In this document: piece after piece, positions 60,588 through 64,000 of the stretch
How the letters are laid out: each line of letters starts with the position of its first letter
How positions within the stretch are numbered: position 1 is the first letter of the stretch
Source: an uncultured Desulfospira sp.
GTDB lineage: Bacteria; Desulfobacterota; Desulfobacteria; Desulfobacterales; Desulfobacteraceae
Length of the DNA: 64,000 nt
Assembly: GCA_963663165.1 (NCBI GenBank)
Contig: OY760175.1
Span: 5,568,001-5,632,000 of the forward strand
Reading direction: 5' to 3'
Translations under genes and position numbers: made by a program
The notes under the pieces: generated by a model
Databases searched by the model: none
What the model saw: the letters and a program-made list of their open reading frames with translations, nothing else
What the model was told of the DNA's origin: nothing

Positions 60588-61697
60588 TCAGACCTCATTC
60601 AGTGCTTGCCGTTCTTCTTCGTGGTCTGCAAATTCCAGGGCAACCAGGCGGAAAGCCTCTTGCTGGTCCATAAAGGCATTGACCACATCCGGGTCAAAAT
60701 GGCTGCCGCTGTCGTTGAGCATGATTTCTTTGGCCTTGGCATGGGTAAAGGGCGGCTTGTATATCCTTTGGCTGATCAGGGCATCGTAAACATCGGCCAC
60801 GGCCATGATGCGGCCGGACAAGGGGATATCATAAGATTTGATTCCCAAAGGGTAGCCGGAGCCATCCCATTTTTCATGATGGCTGTATCCGATCTCCCGG
60901 GCGATCTGTAAAAAAGCACTGACCTGGCGTTCTTCCATGGCCGCTTCCGCTTTAAGAATGGTTTCTTTGCTGTAGTCGGTATGCTTTTTCATAATGGTAA
61001 ATTCCTGGTCGGTGAGCTTTCCCGGTTTAAGCAGGATGGCGTCGGGCACACCGACTTTCCCGATGTCATGCAGGGGCGCCGACTTATACAGAAGCCTGAC
61101 CGTATTCTCGTTGAGAACAGCGGCAAATTTGGGGTTTTTCTGCAAGGTCCGGGCCAGGATTTCTACATATTTCTGGGTCCGGATAATATGGCCGCCGGTT
61201 TCATTATCCCGGGTTTCAGCTAAGGCCGCAAGACTGTATATGGTGACCTCCCGGGTAAGCTCCAGTTCCCTTGTCCGCTCCAGGATCAAGTCTTCAAGGC
61301 GGTCCCGGTGCATTTTTAACTCCACATGGTTGCGGACCCGGGCTTTGACCAGGGGCGGGCTGACCGGTTTGATCAGGTAGTCCACAGCCCCGAGTTCCAG
61401 CCCTTTTTTTTCATCTTCCAGTTCATTCATGGCCGTGACAAAAATAATGGGGATATTGCGGGTGTCCGGGTCACTTTTCAGGGTTTCGGCAACCTGATAC
61501 CCGTTCATTTCCGGCATCATGATGTCTAAAAGGATGAGATCCGGCGGATGGTCTGACTGGGCGATCTTGATGGCGACATTTCCGTTAAGTGCTGCCTTAA
61601 CCTTATATTCGGCTTTTAAGATGCCCACCAGCACGTCAATGTTTTCCGGAGTATCGTCAACCACCAGAATGGTCCTTTTTTCCGACTCTATGATCAT
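60588..61697 (-). CDS. Response regulator with HD-GYP phosphodiesterase domain
   Basis: REC domain; LHDIGK, HHEKWDGSGYP. Confidence 0.93.
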   Translation of the reverse strand: MIIESEKRTILVVDDTPENIDVLVGILKAEYKVKAALNGNVAIKIAQSDHPPDLILLDIMMPEMNGYQVAETLKSDPDTRNIPIIFVTAMNELEDEKKGLELGAVDYLIKPVSPPLVKARVRNHVELKMHRDRLEDLILERTRELELTREVTIYSLAALAETRDNETGGHIIRTQKYVEILARTLQKNPKFAAVLNENTVRLLYKSAPLHDIGKVGVPDAILLKPGKLTDQEFTIMKKHTDYSKETILKAEAAMEERQVSAFLQIAREIGYSHHEKWDGSGYPLGIKSYDIPLSGRIMAVADVYDALISQRIYKPPFTHAKAKEIMLNDSGSHFDPDVVNAFMDQQEAFRLVALEFADHEEERQALNEV

Positions 61698-61997
61698 GGT
61701 CTATCCCTCCCGGTTGATATTTGATCACAAATTATTCAGGGAAGTTATATTGTTTGTAAATGAATATGAGTTGGCTTCCCATCACAAGCTTGGCCAATGG
61801 TACGCAGGATATCTTGAATACGCTGTTTGAATTAAAAGATTCAAACGGCGATATTCGCAAATTTTTTCGGCTTGAAATTCAACTTTAAGTGCGGCCTGCA
61901 ATTTCAACATGTCATTTATGTAATATTCAAATGTACCAGTCGGGCCGCTCGAATACAAGTCTAAAATTAACGGAGACCGGGGGCCGGAGACCGGAAC

Positions 61998-64000
61998 CTA
62001 TGGGGCTTCGGAGTGGGCGCCCGCGCCCTGGGCCTGAATCGCGGTGATCGCCACGGTATTGACGATATCCGCCACCAGGCACCCCCGGCTCAAATCATTG
62101 ACTGGCTTGTTCAGCCCCTGGAGAACGGGCCCGACCGCCACAGCTCCCGAAGACCGCTGAACCGCCTTGTAGGTGTTGTTCCCCGTGTTCAGGTCCGGGA
62201 AGATGAGGACCGTGGCCTTTCCGGCCACCGGGGAGTCCGGCAATTTGGTCCGGGCCACGTCAGGCTCCACCGCCGCATCGTACTGGATGGGGCCTTCCAC
62301 TAACAGATCCGGCCGTTTTTCTTTGACCAGGCTGGTGGCCAGGCGGACCTTATCCACATCCTTGCCTTTGCCGGAACTTCCCGTGGAATAGGACAGCAGG
62401 GCAACCCGAGGCGTAATCCCGAACATCCGGGAGGTTTCAGCGGATATGATGGCGATTTCCGCCAGGGTTTCGGCATCGGGGTCCGGGTTGATGGCACAGT
62501 CCCCATAGGCCAGGACTTTATCGGCTAAGCACATGAAAAACAGGCTGGAAACCGAATTCATGCCCGGCCGGGTCTTGATGATCTCAAAGGCCGGCTTGAT
62601 GGTGGCGGCGGTGCTGTGGACCGACCCTGAGACCATGCCGTCCACCAATTCATGGTAAACCATCATGGTGCCGAAATAATTTAAATCCATTACCCGGTCC
62701 GCCGCCACTTCCCGGGGAAGCCCTTTATGTTTGCGCATTTCGTAATAGGTCTGGGTGAACAGATCTATGTACGGGGAGGTGTGGGGGTCTATAATGTCTA
62801 TGCCCCCCATACGGAATCCCATCTGGCCGATCTTTTTTAAAATTTTTTCCCGGTTGCCCAGAAGGGTAATGTCCACAATTTCCCTTCTGTACAAAATTTC
62901 AGCGGCATGGAGGATCCGTTCTTCCTCCCCTTCGGGCAGGACAATCCGTTTTTTATCGGCCTTGGCTTTCTGGATCAGCTCGAATTCAAACATCTTCGGG
63001 GTCACCGTGGTACTCTTGGTGGTAATGACCTTTTCCGACAGCAGGCCCGTGTCAACGCTCCGGTCAAAAAGGGCCAGGGCCCGGGTGATTTTCCGGTGGT
63101 CACTGGGGGAAATTACGGAACGGATTTTTTCCACTTCCACGGCGGTCTGAAAGGTGTCTGTCTGGACACTGAGGACCGGAACCATGCTTTTAAAGCCCTT
63201 GATCACCTCGGCCACAGCCCCTTCGGGAACAAGGCCTCCGGTCAACAGGATGCCGGAAATTTGTTCCATGGATGTGGAAGATATGGCCGCAAGACATGCC
63301 ACAATGATATCGGCCCGGTCCCCCGGGGTGATGATCAGGGTGCCGTGCTGGATCCTTGGAAGAAAATTTTTCAGCTGCATGGCGGCCACGGCAAATCCCC
63401 TGACATGGCGGTACAGCTGTTTTTCCCCGAACAGCACCTCGGCGTTCAAGGCTTTGGCCACTTCTGCCACGCTGGGCTTGCCGATGACGGCTTCGTCGGG
63501 AATGGCAAAAACCAGCTGCCCGCCGCTTTGTTTTCCTTGCTTGACCTGGTCCACCACCCGCTGTGACTGGCCGTCCTGAACCCGGTTGATGATAATGCCG
63601 ATAATCTGGCACCCCCGCTGCTCTAGAGATTCCATGGTCAGGTTAATGGGCAGAATGGTATCTTCCAGGGTTTTTTCAGCGGCATTGGCCACCAGAAGAA
63701 CCGGGCAGGCCAGATCTTTGATGATGATGGCATTGATATCAAATTCAAGGCCTGTGGTAGATGTCTTGAAATCGGTCCCTTCACAGAGAATAAAGTCCGA
63801 ATACTTTTTAGCTTCATTGTATTTTTCAATAATCTGCTCAAAGACTTCTTCTTTTTTTCCCTGGGACAGCAGGGCGTCCGCATCTTTCTGGGTGATCCCG
63901 TACATGGCCTCATAAGGGATGCTGAGGCTGAACTGGGTTTTCATCAGCCCGATGTCGTGGTCCATGCCGTCTTCACAGGATTCCGGGTTGATGATGGGCC
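61998..64000 (-). CDS. pta: Phosphate acetyltransferase (long form; 5' end beyond window)
   Basis: DRTGG-like domain, IVLPEG, QYDAA, FPDLNTGNNTYK, VNDLSRG. Confidence 0.95.
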   Translation of the reverse strand, partial: PIINPESCEDGMDHDIGLMKTQFSLSIPYEAMYGITQKDADALLSQGKKEEVFEQIIEKYNEAKKYSDFILCEGTDFKTSTTGLEFDINAIIIKDLACPVLLVANAAEKTLEDTILPINLTMESLEQRGCQIIGIIINRVQDGQSQRVVDQVKQGKQSGGQLVFAIPDEAVIGKPSVAEVAKALNAEVLFGEKQLYRHVRGFAVAAMQLKNFLPRIQHGTLIITPGDRADIIVACLAAISSTSMEQISGILLTGGLVPEGAVAEVIKGFKSMVPVLSVQTDTFQTAVEVEKIRSVISPSDHRKITRALALFDRSVDTGLLSEKVITTKSTTVTPKMFEFELIQKAKADKKRIVLPEGEEERILHAAEILYRREIVDITLLGNREKILKKIGQMGFRMGGIDIIDPHTSPYIDLFTQTYYEMRKHKGLPREVAADRVMDLNYFGTMMVYHELVDGMVSGSVHSTAATIKPAFEIIKTRPGMNSVSSLFFMCLADKVLAYGDCAINPDPDAETLAEIAIISAETSRMFGITPRVALLSYSTGSSGKGKDVDKVRLATSLVKEKRPDLLVEGPIQYDAAVEPDVARTKLPDSPVAGKATVLIFPDLNTGNNTYKAVQRSSGAVAVGPVLQGLNKPVNDLSRGCLVADIVNTVAITAIQAQGAGAHSEAP

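Overview
Bases 1 to about 46300 are a large integron-type gene cassette array transcribed on the minus strand. It has 20 attC sites of about 125-131 bp and a probable attI at 46277-46334, but no intI gene at that end. The cassettes carry six toxin-antitoxin modules, secreted or surface proteins and hypothetical proteins. The array is invaded by two copies of a five-gene RIT (tyrosine recombinase trio) element, a five-gene IS21-like element nested in an ISAzo13-family IS, a second ISAzo13 copy, two IS701-family copies, an IS66-family IS, a TG..CA transposon encoding a DDE transposase, AAA ATPase and RepB-type primase, and two group II introns (one full length, one ORF-less) inserted at the same position of the attC R' core. 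From 47075 onward are housekeeping genes (recD2, gmhB, rlpA, lon, hsp20, histidine kinase, lnt, prfB, HD protein, LysR regulator, HD-GYP regulator, pta) whose style suggests a Desulfobacterales-like deltaproteobacterium (inference). The top novelty candidates are three. First, a hairpin + Cys-rich protein + winged-helix-like protein module shared by the mechanistically unrelated RIT and IS21 elements. Second, a group II intron lineage that targets the attC R' core on the cassette-sense strand and has a non-autonomous mini-intron partner. Third, the primase-carrying transposon.
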